IMG/VR virus record: IMGVR_UViG_3300013094_000026 | Location: 1-64,000 of that record | Origin: a virus | Length of the DNA: 64,000 nt | Direction: 5' to 3' (one strand) | In this document: in pieces, positions 51,096 through 60,718 of the stretch | How positions within the stretch are numbered: position 1 is the stretch's first letter | How the letters are laid out: each line of letters begins with the position of its first letter | Notes under the pieces: model-generated | Database searches by the model: none | Told to the model about the DNA's origin: nothing | The model's input: only the letters and a program-made list of their open reading frames with translations | Made by a program: the position numbers and the translations under genes

Positions 51096-51350
51096 ATGGC
51101 TCAATCTTATGTGCTCAAAGGTACGGAAAACGAATTTCTGTTAGTGATTAGAGCAGAAGATGAAAAAGCAATCTATAGCATTATAGATTTTTTAGCAACC
51201 AGTCGTAATGAACAAATTAAAGAACTGGCAATTGAATTAGAGAAGAGTATGCATGATAACGGAAGAGATTCTAGCAAAGCTGGATCCAAAAACAAGGTCA
51301 AGACTACAACTGGCAACAACAGTAAACGTAGAAAAACAAAAGACACCTAG
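51096..51350 (+). CDS. Hypothetical protein overlapping recA
   Basis: TATAAT 8 nt upstream; last ~98 nt overlap recA in another frame. Confidence 0.55.
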   Translation: MAQSYVLKGTENEFLLVIRAEDEKAIYSIIDFLATSRNEQIKELAIELEKSMHDNGRDSSKAGSKNKVKTTTGNNSKRRKTKDT

Positions 51351-52251
51351 TATTGGTTTAACAATGGCATTAAAGGGCGGTCTGGGTTTTGGTCGTCAAG
51401 TTTTAATTTGGGGAAATAAATCTGCTGGTAAATCTTCTTTTTGTTTACAGATGATTGGCGAAGCACAAAAAGCTGGAAAAACATGTGCTTGGATTGATGC
51501 AGAAGCATCTTATGATCCTGCATGGGCTGCCAGATTGGGTGTAGATTCAGAATCTCTTATTTATTCACCTGCTAAATCTATTAATGATATGGTTGATGTG
51601 GCACAACAATTAATGGAAGCGGGAGTAGATATTATCGTTGTAGATTCTATCTCAGCACTACTCCCCGCAATCTATTTTGAAAAAGATAGTTCAGATTTAA
51701 AGAAGTTAGAAGACACTAAGCAAATTGGTGCAGAAGCAAAGGATATGACACATGCAGTCAAAATGCTTAATTATGCAAACAAAAGTACGCTACTCGTTCT
51801 TATTTCTCAACAGAGAAATCAATTTGGGTCTATGCATGCTTCCCATATCCCAACAGGAGGAATGGCGGTTAAATTTTTCTCCAGTACCGTTATCAAACTC
51901 TGGGCTTCAGAGGCTGATGCGAATGCGATTAAGTCTGGAATCCAAGTTGGTGACAAAATTATTGAACAAAAAGTTGGAAGGCCAGTTAATTGGATCATTG
52001 ATTACAATAAAACGGGACCAATGGGTTTATCAGGCAGTTATGACTTCTATTTCCAAGGGGAACAAGTGGGAGTTGATTCCGTTGGAGAAATCTTAGATGT
52101 TGCTGAAATGATGGGTATTGTACAAAAGGGTGGGGCTTGGTATACAATTAAAGAAGAAAGATTCCAAGGACGTAATAAAGCTTTAGAGTATTTAAGGGAT
52201 AACCCAGGGTTGGCAAAAGAGATTATAGAGGAAATTTATGACAAGTCTTGA
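51253..52251 (+). CDS. recA: RecA/UvsX-like recombinase
   Basis: GNKSAGKS Walker A, WIDAE, VVDSI, TGGMAVKF and GGAWY. Confidence 0.93.
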   Translation: MITEEILAKLDPKTRSRLQLATTVNVEKQKTPSIGLTMALKGGLGFGRQVLIWGNKSAGKSSFCLQMIGEAQKAGKTCAWIDAEASYDPAWAARLGVDSESLIYSPAKSINDMVDVAQQLMEAGVDIIVVDSISALLPAIYFEKDSSDLKKLEDTKQIGAEAKDMTHAVKMLNYANKSTLLVLISQQRNQFGSMHASHIPTGGMAVKFFSSTVIKLWASEADANAIKSGIQVGDKIIEQKVGRPVNWIIDYNKTGPMGLSGSYDFYFQGEQVGVDSVGEILDVAEMMGIVQKGGAWYTIKEERFQGRNKALEYLRDNPGLAKEIIEEIYDKS

Positions 52252-52441
52252 AAAATTCTTAAACAAAGTTAAAGATAGCACTGATAAAAAAACAATTAAT
52301 ATCTCAGAGCCAGCAAGTGGTTCATTTAGATGTCAAAATTTAGAATGTAATGAAATTGTATATGAAGGTTATGTTGATAGAGTTAATAGCAGGATACATT
52401 GGGTATGCAGCCAAGGTCATGATTCTAGCGTGGTAATATGA
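52238..52441 (+). CDS. Zinc-ribbon protein
   Basis: CQNLEC...CSQGH. Confidence 0.65.
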   Translation: MTSLEKFLNKVKDSTDKKTINISEPASGSFRCQNLECNEIVYEGYVDRVNSRIHWVCSQGHDSSVVI

Positions 52442-52749
52442 GTGAACGTGGAGAAGTTAAGCGTGACGGTGCAAAAGCTCAAAAGAACTCTGGTCGGGGC
52501 GATTACCAAAAAGGTGATGCGGTTTGGCATGATTTTGTCGTTGATTATAAAGAGTACTCAAAGTCAATATCCATTAGTAAAGAAATTTGGGCAAAAATAT
52601 GTACTGATACTTTTAAGGTCTCACGTGAAAAGTATCCAGTCCTTAAACTTATCCTTGGTGGAGAAGGCACGAAAACAAGGTTGGCTGTAATTGAATGGGT
52701 TTTATTTGAGCAGATGGTAGAGTGTTGGAAGAAAAGTAATGATCAATGA
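52438..52749 (+). CDS. PD-(D/E)XK nuclease, Holliday resolvase-like
   Basis: E...NSGRG...KGD...VDYKE. Confidence 0.65.
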   Translation: MSERGEVKRDGAKAQKNSGRGDYQKGDAVWHDFVVDYKEYSKSISISKEIWAKICTDTFKVSREKYPVLKLILGGEGTKTRLAVIEWVLFEQMVECWKKSNDQ

Positions 52750-52921
52750 AGAAGATCAAAATGAATTTTTAATTTGGTTTAATAATGGTGTTGAGCGTGG
52801 TTGGATTAGTGATATGTTTTGCAACACACATGATGGGCCACCAATTATTAGTGAAGAAGAAGATAAAGAATGGAATGAAGGTGGAGACCCTTGTCAATTT
52901 TGCGTTAGGATTTTAGAATGA
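52739..52921 (+). CDS. Hypothetical protein
   Basis: GWIS..FCNTHDG...GGDPC motif. Confidence 0.65.
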   Translation: MINEEDQNEFLIWFNNGVERGWISDMFCNTHDGPPIISEEEDKEWNEGGDPCQFCVRILE

Positions 52922-53244
52922 CAGATAAACCAATTATTGATCTTATAAGTGAACTTACAGAATTCAATGACATGAAATCATACATGAATGATGCAGATCT
53001 TGATTATGCTCTTGATTTAATTATTAAATTAATTGCCAAGCCTGATGTGCCATCTACAAAAGCTCCTGATCTTATTGTTAAGATGCAGGCTTTGTCTGCT
53101 AAATTTGCAATAATGTCACGCTACTACACCACCTTTGAAAAAGGTGGGGAAAATGCAAAAAAGAAAAATGTATATTACACAGCAGAAGAAGCAATTAATA
53201 GATTAGTTGATGCCCTAAAGTATTCAGCTAGATATGGGGCATAA
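52918..53244 (+). CDS. Hypothetical helical protein
   Basis: Coupled ORF in the recombination operon. Confidence 0.7.
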   Translation: MTDKPIIDLISELTEFNDMKSYMNDADLDYALDLIIKLIAKPDVPSTKAPDLIVKMQALSAKFAIMSRYYTTFEKGGENAKKKNVYYTAEEAINRLVDALKYSARYGA

Positions 53245-54030
53245 ATGGGTAGAGATTTAATAGCAAATTTAAAATTTCAAAAAATGTCAAATCCATCTGG
53301 GTTTGACCCAAATGCATTTGCCAAAATGTATGAAGAAGCAGTTTTAACTGGAAAGAGACCAAATGAATTTACTCAAAAGAAAACTTTTGCTCCTAGCAGT
53401 GTTGGTTACGGTAATGGTAACTGTCCTAGATATTGGTTCATTGCTTTTACTGGGGCTGAGTTTGAAAATGAAACCGATGCTATGGGTGTCGTTAACATGG
53501 ATAATGGTACGTATGTGCATGATAGAATTCAGAAAAATTTCGCTAAAACGCCAGTATTCAAAGCAAATGAAGTTGAAATTACCCACGATGATCCACCAAT
53601 TAGAGGTTTTGCAGATACTATTATTGAATGGGATGGAAAAGAAGTAATTGGTGAAGTAAAGTCTGCTAAACAAGAGATTTTTGATATTAGACAAGCAGAA
53701 ATGCAAGGTTTGCCATATCATAAAATTCAACTTTTACATTATATGAAAATTCGTGGAGCTGAACAAGGATTTTTCTTTTATGAGAATAAGAATGATAACA
53801 GTTTTCTAGTTATTCCTATTAATATGGATGAAAGAAACAAAGAGTTGATTGATGGTGTTTGGAATTGGATGCGTAAAGTTTATGCTGCATATGAAGCAGG
53901 AACTCTTCCAGAGCGTACATTTACAAAATCACAATGGGCTTGTAAGGGTTGCCCCGTAAAGAAAGTTTGCTGGGAAGACAAGAAGGATCTCGGAGAAGTC
54001 TACATAGAACCGCTGGTACTTGAAAAATGA
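53245..54030 (+). CDS. Cas4-like exonuclease
   Basis: CPRY, G..VH, D...EVKS, QL..Y and C-terminal CKGCP...C (Fe-S ligands). Confidence 0.85.
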   Translation: MGRDLIANLKFQKMSNPSGFDPNAFAKMYEEAVLTGKRPNEFTQKKTFAPSSVGYGNGNCPRYWFIAFTGAEFENETDAMGVVNMDNGTYVHDRIQKNFAKTPVFKANEVEITHDDPPIRGFADTIIEWDGKEVIGEVKSAKQEIFDIRQAEMQGLPYHKIQLLHYMKIRGAEQGFFFYENKNDNSFLVIPINMDERNKELIDGVWNWMRKVYAAYEAGTLPERTFTKSQWACKGCPVKKVCWEDKKDLGEVYIEPLVLEK

Positions 54031-54314
54031 AATGTGCTTACGAAGAATGTAATAATGAATTTGAACCAAAAACCCACAATCAAAAATATTGTTCAGATGA
54101 GTGTTGCAGGATTGCAACAAATCAAAAGCTTAAAAAAGCTTATTATGATAAAAAAGACAGGTTGGCTGGCAAAAAAAGGATCTGTAAAACTAAAGGTTGT
54201 AATGTAATTTTAAGTAGATATCAAGATGAAGATATATGTAATAAATGTATTGGTTCTGAAAAAGAAAAAGAACGTAAAGCATTATTGGAAATGGTGAGAC
54301 GTGTCTCTGGCTAA
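54027..54314 (+). CDS. Zinc-finger protein
   Basis: C....C...F......QKYCS..C and a second C....C...C..C cluster. Confidence 0.7.
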   Translation: MKCAYEECNNEFEPKTHNQKYCSDECCRIATNQKLKKAYYDKKDRLAGKKRICKTKGCNVILSRYQDEDICNKCIGSEKEKERKALLEMVRRVSG

Positions 54315-54858
54315 ACTTGCAAAACCTCGTGCAAATAAAGTTCTTGGTATAGATGCTAGTACAAATAGTATAGCTTTTTGCCTAATGGATGATAAAACTC
54401 CAATAAAATGGGGAGAAATTGTGTTTGACGGATCAGATGTTTATGAGAGAATTCTTGATGCAAAGAAAAAAGTAAAATCATTTAAACAGTCATTAGACTA
54501 TGATTTTGTTGTAATAGAGGCAGCAATTTCAGTTAGATCTGTACATACAGGGATGAAGATGGCATACGTTTTTGGTGCTATAATGGGAGAGTTACTAAGT
54601 GATAATGTAGAAGTAGTTGAAGTTCATCCTATTACATGGCAATCATATCTTGGTAATAAAAATTTTACTAAGGCAGAAAAACAGGCGGTTAAAGATGAAT
54701 TTCCAGGAAAATCTGAAAATTGGTACAAAGGAAAAATCAGAGAAATTAGAAAATCTAGGACAATTAACTTTGTTTCAACACTTGGAATTAACACTGAAAA
54801 TGATAACGTCGCTGATTCGGCGGGGATAGCGTGGTATGCAGTAAATGAAATTGTGTGA
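54301..54858 (+). CDS. ruvC: RuvC-like Holliday junction resolvase
   Basis: LGIDAS, VVIE, P..W and DNVADS..IA. Confidence 0.8.
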   Translation: MSLAKLAKPRANKVLGIDASTNSIAFCLMDDKTPIKWGEIVFDGSDVYERILDAKKKVKSFKQSLDYDFVVIEAAISVRSVHTGMKMAYVFGAIMGELLSDNVEVVEVHPITWQSYLGNKNFTKAEKQAVKDEFPGKSENWYKGKIREIRKSRTINFVSTLGINTENDNVADSAGIAWYAVNEIV

Positions 54859-54867
54859 GGAGGTATA

Positions 54868-55041
54868 ATGGCTAAAAGTACAAAGCTTTGGGAAAGTAAA
54901 GACTGGATGTATAAAAGATATGTAGTTGAGAAGAAAACTGTTCTTCAAATGGCTATGGAAGCTAGATGCACTCATATGACAATTCAAAGAGCATTAGAAA
55001 AGTTTGATTTAATTAAAAAACCTAGAAAGTGGACTAAGTAA
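54868..55041 (+). CDS. 57 aa HTH protein (not in ORF track)
   Basis: GAGGAGGT SD; MAKSTKLWESKDWMYKRYVVEKKTVLQMAMEARCTHMTIQRALEKF. Confidence 0.75.
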   Translation: MAKSTKLWESKDWMYKRYVVEKKTVLQMAMEARCTHMTIQRALEKFDLIKKPRKWTK

Positions 55042-55568
55042 TGCCTTATTCAGATCCAGATAATAAACCTTGGACTACAGAAAAAATAAAAGAAATTAAT
55101 CCAAAAACAGTGCTTGACGTAGGTGCAGGTGCTGGAGTGTATCTAGATATTATAAAAAATAATTTGGAAAATGATGTTTCTGTAGAAGCAGTAGAAATTT
55201 GGGAACCTTATATAAAAGAGTTTAATCTTGAATCAAAATACAATATTGTATGGAACAAAGATGTTAGATTATTTAAAGAATTTTCTTATGATCTTGTTAT
55301 TTTTGGAGATATCATGGAGCATATGACCAAAGAAGATGCTGTCAAATTATGGGATAATGTTTCAAAAACTGCGGGATCAGCTATTATATCAATTCCAATT
55401 GTTCATTATCCACAAGGACATGAGCATGGTAATCCATATGAAGAACATGTTAAAGACGATTGGACAACTCAAGAGGTTCTTGATACATTTAGCAATATAA
55501 CTGAATACAAAGAATTTGATGTGACAGGCGTTTTTATAGCGAGGTTTAATAATGATATTAAGTCATAA
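55041..55568 (+). CDS. Class I SAM-dependent methyltransferase
   Basis: VLDVGAGAG and YDLVIFGDIMEH. Confidence 0.88.
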   Translation: MPYSDPDNKPWTTEKIKEINPKTVLDVGAGAGVYLDIIKNNLENDVSVEAVEIWEPYIKEFNLESKYNIVWNKDVRLFKEFSYDLVIFGDIMEHMTKEDAVKLWDNVSKTAGSAIISIPIVHYPQGHEHGNPYEEHVKDDWTTQEVLDTFSNITEYKEFDVTGVFIARFNNDIKS

Positions 55569-56247
55569 GATATTTCATTTAAAAGATGCTGTAGAGCGTG
55601 AAGAATATTTTAATAATATAAATAGCTATTTAAATAATTACTCACAGGAATTAAATTCAAAATCTATCAAAATCTCAAATGATGAAGAGCTTAATGAATT
55701 TGTTAAAAATAATCCCGATTTTAATCTTAATTTAAATGGTTATAATCTTGATAATATACAGGGATGGCGTTATGGTGAAATTGGAGTATGGGCTAGTAAC
55801 TTTTTAGCATGGAAAAAGTTCTTGACAACACAATCTGATTATGCTATTCTTATGGAAGATGATATTTTGTTTGAAGAAAACTTTATACCATTATTGAAAG
55901 AATATATGGAAGAGTTACCCCCAAACTGGGATGCTTTCTTTTTTGCAGTACCTTCAGGACAATTTCATAAATACGGCAGTCATTTAGAAATAGGTAAAAA
56001 AAATATTTGTAAAGTATATCAAGATCATTGGATGTTATGCTATGTTTTAAGCAGACAAGGTGCTGAAAAAGCATTAAATATCGTTTCTAATGGTGTAAAT
56101 TTGCCTCTAGATTGGTTCTTTTTTAGACAAAAACATATATTTAACTCTTATTCAATTAAACCAGAAGTAAAAAGTGCAGTTTCAGGATCTCCAACTGAGA
56201 CAACTTTTCAAAACCAAGAAAGAAAGATAATGAAAATTGATTCCTAA
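55552..56247 (+). CDS. Glycosyltransferase family 25-like
   Basis: GEIGVWASN, ILMEDD, YVLSRQGAEK and PLDW. Confidence 0.8.
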   Translation: MILSHKIFHLKDAVEREEYFNNINSYLNNYSQELNSKSIKISNDEELNEFVKNNPDFNLNLNGYNLDNIQGWRYGEIGVWASNFLAWKKFLTTQSDYAILMEDDILFEENFIPLLKEYMEELPPNWDAFFFAVPSGQFHKYGSHLEIGKKNICKVYQDHWMLCYVLSRQGAEKALNIVSNGVNLPLDWFFFRQKHIFNSYSIKPEVKSAVSGSPTETTFQNQERKIMKIDS

Positions 56248-56995
56248 AATTATTTGGCAAACTTATAAGGATCCACGTTTGTCTCTTGAGTCATACATGT
56301 ATGAAGCATCAGAAACATGGAAAGCTAAAAATCCAGATTATGAGTATAGATATATGGATGATGATGAAGCTGCAAAATTTGTTAAGGATGAATATGGTGA
56401 TGAAATGCATCAATTATTTATCAATGTGCCTGTAGGTGTGATGCGTGGAGATATGTGGCGTTATCTTGTTGTGTATAAGTATGGCGGGATTTATGCAGAT
56501 CTTGACACACTATGCCTTAAGCCAATTGATACTTGGATTAAAGAAGGTAAAGATTTTATAGTATGTCCAGAGCATCAAGATCATTTTTGTCAATGGACAT
56601 TTGCTGCAAGTGCAGGACATCCAATATTAAAAACAGTAATTGATCTGATGGTTGAAAGATTAAAAAATGCTGATTACACAATGCCACATTTTGTACATTA
56701 TTTGACAGGTCCAGGAATGTGGACTTCGGCTATATGTAATCATCTTGAAATTCCAAATAATGATCCTTACGGTAGAGCACAGATACAAGATAATACACAA
56801 GGATTAGTTCTTGATATGTCTGATTTTAATTTAAGTTATTCAGCAGTAATTAATAAATTTTATTGTTATGCTGGAAGTGAATGGAGAATATTCCATTATG
56901 AAGCAGTTAAACATCTATATGGTAGTCAAAATTGGAACACAGGTTATGTAAAATGGATTGAAGATCCCTTAACAAAAGGTAGTAGAAATGCTTAG
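56237..56995 (+). CDS. Glycosyltransferase family 32-like (DXD)
   Basis: IPKIIWQT, DMWRY..VYKYGGIYADLD, HP.L and TGPG. Confidence 0.88.
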   Translation: MIPKIIWQTYKDPRLSLESYMYEASETWKAKNPDYEYRYMDDDEAAKFVKDEYGDEMHQLFINVPVGVMRGDMWRYLVVYKYGGIYADLDTLCLKPIDTWIKEGKDFIVCPEHQDHFCQWTFAASAGHPILKTVIDLMVERLKNADYTMPHFVHYLTGPGMWTSAICNHLEIPNNDPYGRAQIQDNTQGLVLDMSDFNLSYSAVINKFYCYAGSEWRIFHYEAVKHLYGSQNWNTGYVKWIEDPLTKGSRNA

Positions 56996-57329
56996 ACCAG
57001 TATATAAAGATACAGATCATTTTGATTGTACAGATTTATTGATGCATTCAATTGGAGCACCATCTGGTAAAAAAATTTGGGATGCATGCCATGAGATTGC
57101 ACATCTATTAATAGATAAAAATATATCCTATGGAGATTCAGCTTTATCTCCAAATAGAATATTTGCACAATCTGATAATATTGAACAGTTAAAAGTAAGA
57201 ATTGATGATAAGTTAAATAGAGTAAAAAATAACCAAGGATATGCGGGAGACAATGATGTTGATGATTTGATTGGTTATTTAATCTTACTTAAAATTGCAA
57301 TTGACAATGATAAAGAGAAAGAGGTATAA
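56988..57329 (+). CDS. Nucleotide-modification-associated domain protein (DUF1599-like)
   Basis: KNISYGDS...RIDDKLNR...DLIGY. Confidence 0.7.
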   Translation: MLRPVYKDTDHFDCTDLLMHSIGAPSGKKIWDACHEIAHLLIDKNISYGDSALSPNRIFAQSDNIEQLKVRIDDKLNRVKNNQGYAGDNDVDDLIGYLILLKIAIDNDKEKEV

Positions 57330-57330
57330 T
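57301..57330 (+). promoter_or_regulatory. Promoter for a leaderless transcript
   Basis: TTGACA-18 nt-TATAAT, ATG 5 nt downstream. Confidence 0.7.
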
Positions 57331-57335
57331 TAAGT

Positions 57336-57512
57336 ATGCCAACTTACGGATATGCTTGTATAGAATGTGATGAATCAGTAGAGGTTAATAGAGGAATTAC
57401 TGAAAAAGAATTAATTCCCCCCTGCCCTAAATGTGGATATGCTATGTCAAAAGTTTTTGGCACTCCAGCTATACAATTTAAAGGCGGAGGATACTACAGT
57501 ACAGGTGGCTAA
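57336..57512 (+). CDS. FmdB-family zinc-ribbon protein (not in ORF track)
   Basis: MPTYGYACIEC...CPKCG...FKGGGYYST. Confidence 0.85.
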   Translation: MPTYGYACIECDESVEVNRGITEKELIPPCPKCGYAMSKVFGTPAIQFKGGGYYSTGG

Positions 57513-57513
57513 C

Positions 57514-58038
57514 ATGGGCGAAGTAGAAGTTGCTGGTCAATTTGACCAGATGAATAAAGTTATTGAAGAGCTACTTAAAGGTAGTACTCCTTCACAGATT
57601 GCCCGTTCTCTTGAGTTAACTCGTGTTCAAGTTGATAACCATATTAAAACTTGGAAAGAATTTGTTCAAGATAATAGTGCTATTAAGGCACGTGCAAAAG
57701 AAGCACTGGCAGGAGCAGATGAGCATTATAGCATGTTGATAAAAGAAGCTTGGCGTACAGTAGAGCAAGCAGATGTTCAAGATGCACTTAATGTTAAAGC
57801 ACAATCTCTTAAGTTAATTGCTGATATTGAAGCTAAACGTATTGATATGTTGAACAAGGCGGGAGTCTTGGAAAATAATGATATGGCAGATCAAATATTA
57901 GAATCAGAAAGAAAACAAGAAGTTCTTGTATCTATTCTTAGAGATGTAACATCATCATGTGATCATTGTAAATGGGAAGTAGCAAAAAGACTTCAAGAAG
58001 TAACTGGACAAGTTGAGGCTGTTGTAATAGATGAATGA
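57514..58038 (+). CDS. Terminase small subunit (putative)
   Basis: N-terminal HTH plus helices, directly upstream of TerL; ATG 57514 follows the FmdB stop. Confidence 0.65.
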   Translation: MGEVEVAGQFDQMNKVIEELLKGSTPSQIARSLELTRVQVDNHIKTWKEFVQDNSAIKARAKEALAGADEHYSMLIKEAWRTVEQADVQDALNVKAQSLKLIADIEAKRIDMLNKAGVLENNDMADQILESERKQEVLVSILRDVTSSCDHCKWEVAKRLQEVTGQVEAVVIDE

Positions 58039-59872
58039 TTTTAATGTATTTTTAGATGCATTAAGCGGGGATGAGTTTGATGAAACTCCAGCCTCTTTAG
58101 AAGATTTTGTTACAAAGAAAGAGTATCTTGGCTTACCACCATTATCTGAATTACAGTATACAATGATTAAAGCATCAACTCAAATCTATAAACGTGAAAC
58201 ATTACTTAAAATTTATGGTGAAGTTGAAGGCGAAAAAATATTTAAACAAACATGTAATGAAGTTATTCTTCAACTTGGCAAAGGTTCTGGAAAAGACTAT
58301 ACATCTACTATTGCTTGTTCTTATATGGTACATATGCTTCTATGCTTGAAAGATCCAGCAAAGTATTATGGTAAACCACCAGGAGATGCTATTGATATTA
58401 TTAACATTGCTATCAACGCTGTTCAGGCAAACCGAGTTTTCTTTAAAGGCTTTAACCAGCGTATTGAAAAGTCACCTTGGTTCCAAGGTAGATATATTGC
58501 TAAAGCAAATATGGTTGAGTTTGATAAAGGCGTAACAGTTCACTCAGGTCACTCAGAGTCAGAGGCGTGGGAAGGTTATAACGTTATTGCTGTTATTCTT
58601 GATGAAATTTCTGGCTTTGAATTGGAATCAACATCAGGCCATCAAAATGCAAAGACTGCATCATCTATTTATAAAATGTATAAGGGATCTATTACATCTC
58701 GTTTTCCAGATTTTGGAAAACTTGTTTTACTTTCATTCCCACGTTTTAAAAATGACTATATTCAGCAAAGATATAATGAATCAATTGCAGAAAAAGAAGT
58801 TGTATTAAGACATCATAAGTTTAAAGTAGATCCAGATTTGCCTGATGGAACGACTGGTAATGAATTTGAAGTTGAGTGGGAAGAAGATCATATTGTCTCA
58901 TATAAGATGCCAAAAATATTTGCATTAAAAAGACCAACGTGGGAAGTTAATCCCACAAGAAGAATTGAAGATTTTACAGAAGCATTTTATACAGATCCTA
59001 CAGATGCATTAATGCGTTTTGCATGTATGCCACCAGATGCTACAGATGCTTTCTTTAAAAATCGTGCTGTAATTGAAAAAGCATTTAGTAATCATAAATT
59101 AAATGTAGATGAATATGGAAGATTTGATGATACATTTAAACCTGATCCAGATAAAACATATTTTATGCATGTGGACTTGGCTCAAAAGCATGACCATTGT
59201 GCAGTAGCTTTAGCACATGTTGATGGCTGGGTGACAATGAAAATTGGTGAAAATTATAAACAAGCAGCACCTAGAGTTATAGTAGATGCAGTAAGATATT
59301 GGACTCCAACTGCATCAAAATCAGTTGACTTTACAGAAGTAAAAGAATATATTTTATCTATTCGTGAAAGAAATTTCAATCTTAAATTGGTTACATTTGA
59401 CCGTTGGAATTCACATGATATGATGCAACAACTTGGTGTTAATGGTATTAAGACAGAAATTTTGTCTGTTGCTAAAAAACACTATGAGGATATGTCTCTT
59501 ACTTTAACTGAAGAAAGATTACATGGTCCAAAAATTCAATTATTGATTGATGAATTACTTCAATTGCGTATTATTAAAGATAAGGTAGATCATCCAAGAA
59601 AAGGTTCTAAAGACTTATCTGATGCGGTTTGCGGGGCAGTATATAATTCCATAGCATTAACTCCACCAGATAGAGATAGAGAAGTAGAAGTGTATAGTTA
59701 TTCTGGGGTATTTGCAGATGAACTTGCACAATTAAAAAAAGAATCAGATTCAAGAATGAAAAATACTATTAAGTTACCAGAAAAGCGGGTAATGCCCACA
59801 GATTTAAGAGATTTCTTTGATGATGATGATAGTGAATACAAAGATATAGTTGACAATTTCAGACTACTCTAG
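58031..59872 (+). CDS. terL: Terminase large subunit
   Basis: LGKGSGKD Walker A, ILDE Walker B, HVDLA, TFDRW and SKDLSDA nuclease motifs. Confidence 0.93.
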   Translation: MNDFNVFLDALSGDEFDETPASLEDFVTKKEYLGLPPLSELQYTMIKASTQIYKRETLLKIYGEVEGEKIFKQTCNEVILQLGKGSGKDYTSTIACSYMVHMLLCLKDPAKYYGKPPGDAIDIINIAINAVQANRVFFKGFNQRIEKSPWFQGRYIAKANMVEFDKGVTVHSGHSESEAWEGYNVIAVILDEISGFELESTSGHQNAKTASSIYKMYKGSITSRFPDFGKLVLLSFPRFKNDYIQQRYNESIAEKEVVLRHHKFKVDPDLPDGTTGNEFEVEWEEDHIVSYKMPKIFALKRPTWEVNPTRRIEDFTEAFYTDPTDALMRFACMPPDATDAFFKNRAVIEKAFSNHKLNVDEYGRFDDTFKPDPDKTYFMHVDLAQKHDHCAVALAHVDGWVTMKIGENYKQAAPRVIVDAVRYWTPTASKSVDFTEVKEYILSIRERNFNLKLVTFDRWNSHDMMQQLGVNGIKTEILSVAKKHYEDMSLTLTEERLHGPKIQLLIDELLQLRIIKDKVDHPRKGSKDLSDAVCGAVYNSIALTPPDRDREVEVYSYSGVFADELAQLKKESDSRMKNTIKLPEKRVMPTDLRDFFDDDDSEYKDIVDNFRLL

Positions 59873-59878
59873 TAGAAT
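59850..59878 (+). promoter_or_regulatory. sigma70/SigA promoter
   Basis: TTGACA-17 nt-TAGAAT. Confidence 0.65.
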
Positions 59879-59906
59879 GTCAATTACAACAAACAAAGGA
59901 TAATAA

Positions 59907-60194
59907 ATGTTAGCAGATGGCACACTATCTACAATTGAAAATGAAGATGATATTTATATTAGTTTAACGCAACTTTGTGAATATTTCACAACTGCATCAA
60001 TTAATATTAAAAGAGAAATTAATAATGTGCATCCATCAGACAGAAAATATGCAGCAGGTATGCAGGATATGATGTTTACAATTGCACAAGAATTACTTGA
60101 ATTAGGTAAATTTGAAGCACAACGCAGAATGATTGATAGTCCAGAAGATTTATTGAAAATGATTGACAAAAGTAAAGGCAATAGTGTAGAATAA
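59907..60194 (+). CDS. Hypothetical protein
   Basis: ORF with AAAGGA SD. Confidence 0.7.
   Translation: MLADGTLSTIENEDDIYISLTQLCEYFTTASINIKREINNVHPSDRKYAAGMQDMMFTIAQELLELGKFEAQRRMIDSPEDLLKMIDKSKGNSVE
60163..60192 (+). promoter_or_regulatory. Promoter for tRNA-Asn / tRNA region
   Basis: TTGACA-18 nt-TAGAAT, 10 nt before the tRNA. Confidence 0.65.
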
Positions 60195-60202
60195 TGAAGT
60201 AG

Positions 60203-60273
60203 TCCCCGATAGTTTATTGGCAAAACCTACGACTGTTAATCGTAAGAGCTTGGATCGTTACCAGGTCGGGGAG
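60203..60273 (+). tRNA. tRNA-Asn(GTT)
   Basis: TCCCCGA/TCGGGGA acceptor; TACGA-CTGTTAA-TCGTA anticodon arm; atypical T-loop ATCGTTA; no encoded CCA. Confidence 0.8.
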
Positions 60274-60310
60274 CTAGAAATTATTAACCAACTAACAGAA
60301 AGAGTATAAT

Positions 60311-60556
60311 ATGAATATGACAGCAGAAGAATCAGTTGAAGTTGTTAAAAAAGAATATGTACTTGGTCCAATTAATCGTTGTGACTCATGTTCTGCAGAA
60401 GCACTTGTTTGGTTAAAAGGTGTTTCAGGAGAACTAATGTTCTGCGGTCATCACTATGCTAAGCATGAAGAAGCATTAAAAGATTTTGCTTATGAGATTG
60501 TTGATGAAAGAAGCAAATTAATTCAGGATAGAATCAAAGACGAAGATTACGTCTAA
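60311..60556 (+). CDS. Small zinc-binding protein
   Basis: RCDSC...LMFCGHH, a pattern I recognise from small actinobacterial proteins. Confidence 0.7.
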   Translation: MNMTAEESVEVVKKEYVLGPINRCDSCSAEALVWLKGVSGELMFCGHHYAKHEEALKDFAYEIVDERSKLIQDRIKDEDYV

Positions 60557-60563
60557 TAACAAT

Positions 60564-60640
60564 GGAGCAATAGCTCAGTTGGTTAGAGCCCCCGACTCAT
60601 AATCGGGTCGTCGTAGGTTCAAGTCCTACTTGCTCCACCA
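60564..60640 (+). tRNA. tRNA-CAT (Ile2 or elongator Met)
   Basis: GGAGCAA/TTGCTCC acceptor; CCCGA-CTCATAA-TCGGG; CCA encoded; G1:C72 paired, so not initiator. Confidence 0.9.
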
Positions 60641-60641
60641 A

Positions 60642-60715
60642 GGTTCCATAGATCAATTGGTTAGATCACTGCCCTGTCACGGCAGAGGTTACGGGTTCAA
60701 GTCCCGTTGGAATCG
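60642..60715 (+). tRNA. tRNA-Asp(GTC)
   Basis: GGTTCCA/TGGAATC acceptor; CTGCC-CTGTCAC-GGCAG; G73. Confidence 0.9.
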
Positions 60716-60718
60716 CAA

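Noticed and set aside
53245-54030. Cas4-like gene as evidence of a CRISPR system
   Set aside because: No repeat-spacer array or other cas genes; solo Cas4-like exonucleases are normal in phage recombination modules
57433-57513. ORF-track N-terminal extension of the small terminase
   Set aside because: It overlaps the clear FmdB-family gene (57336-57512); ATG 57514 is the better start
43464-59872. Inteins or introns in DnaB, DnaE, RecA or TerL
   Set aside because: Lengths are ordinary, motifs are contiguous and no splice-junction signatures were seen
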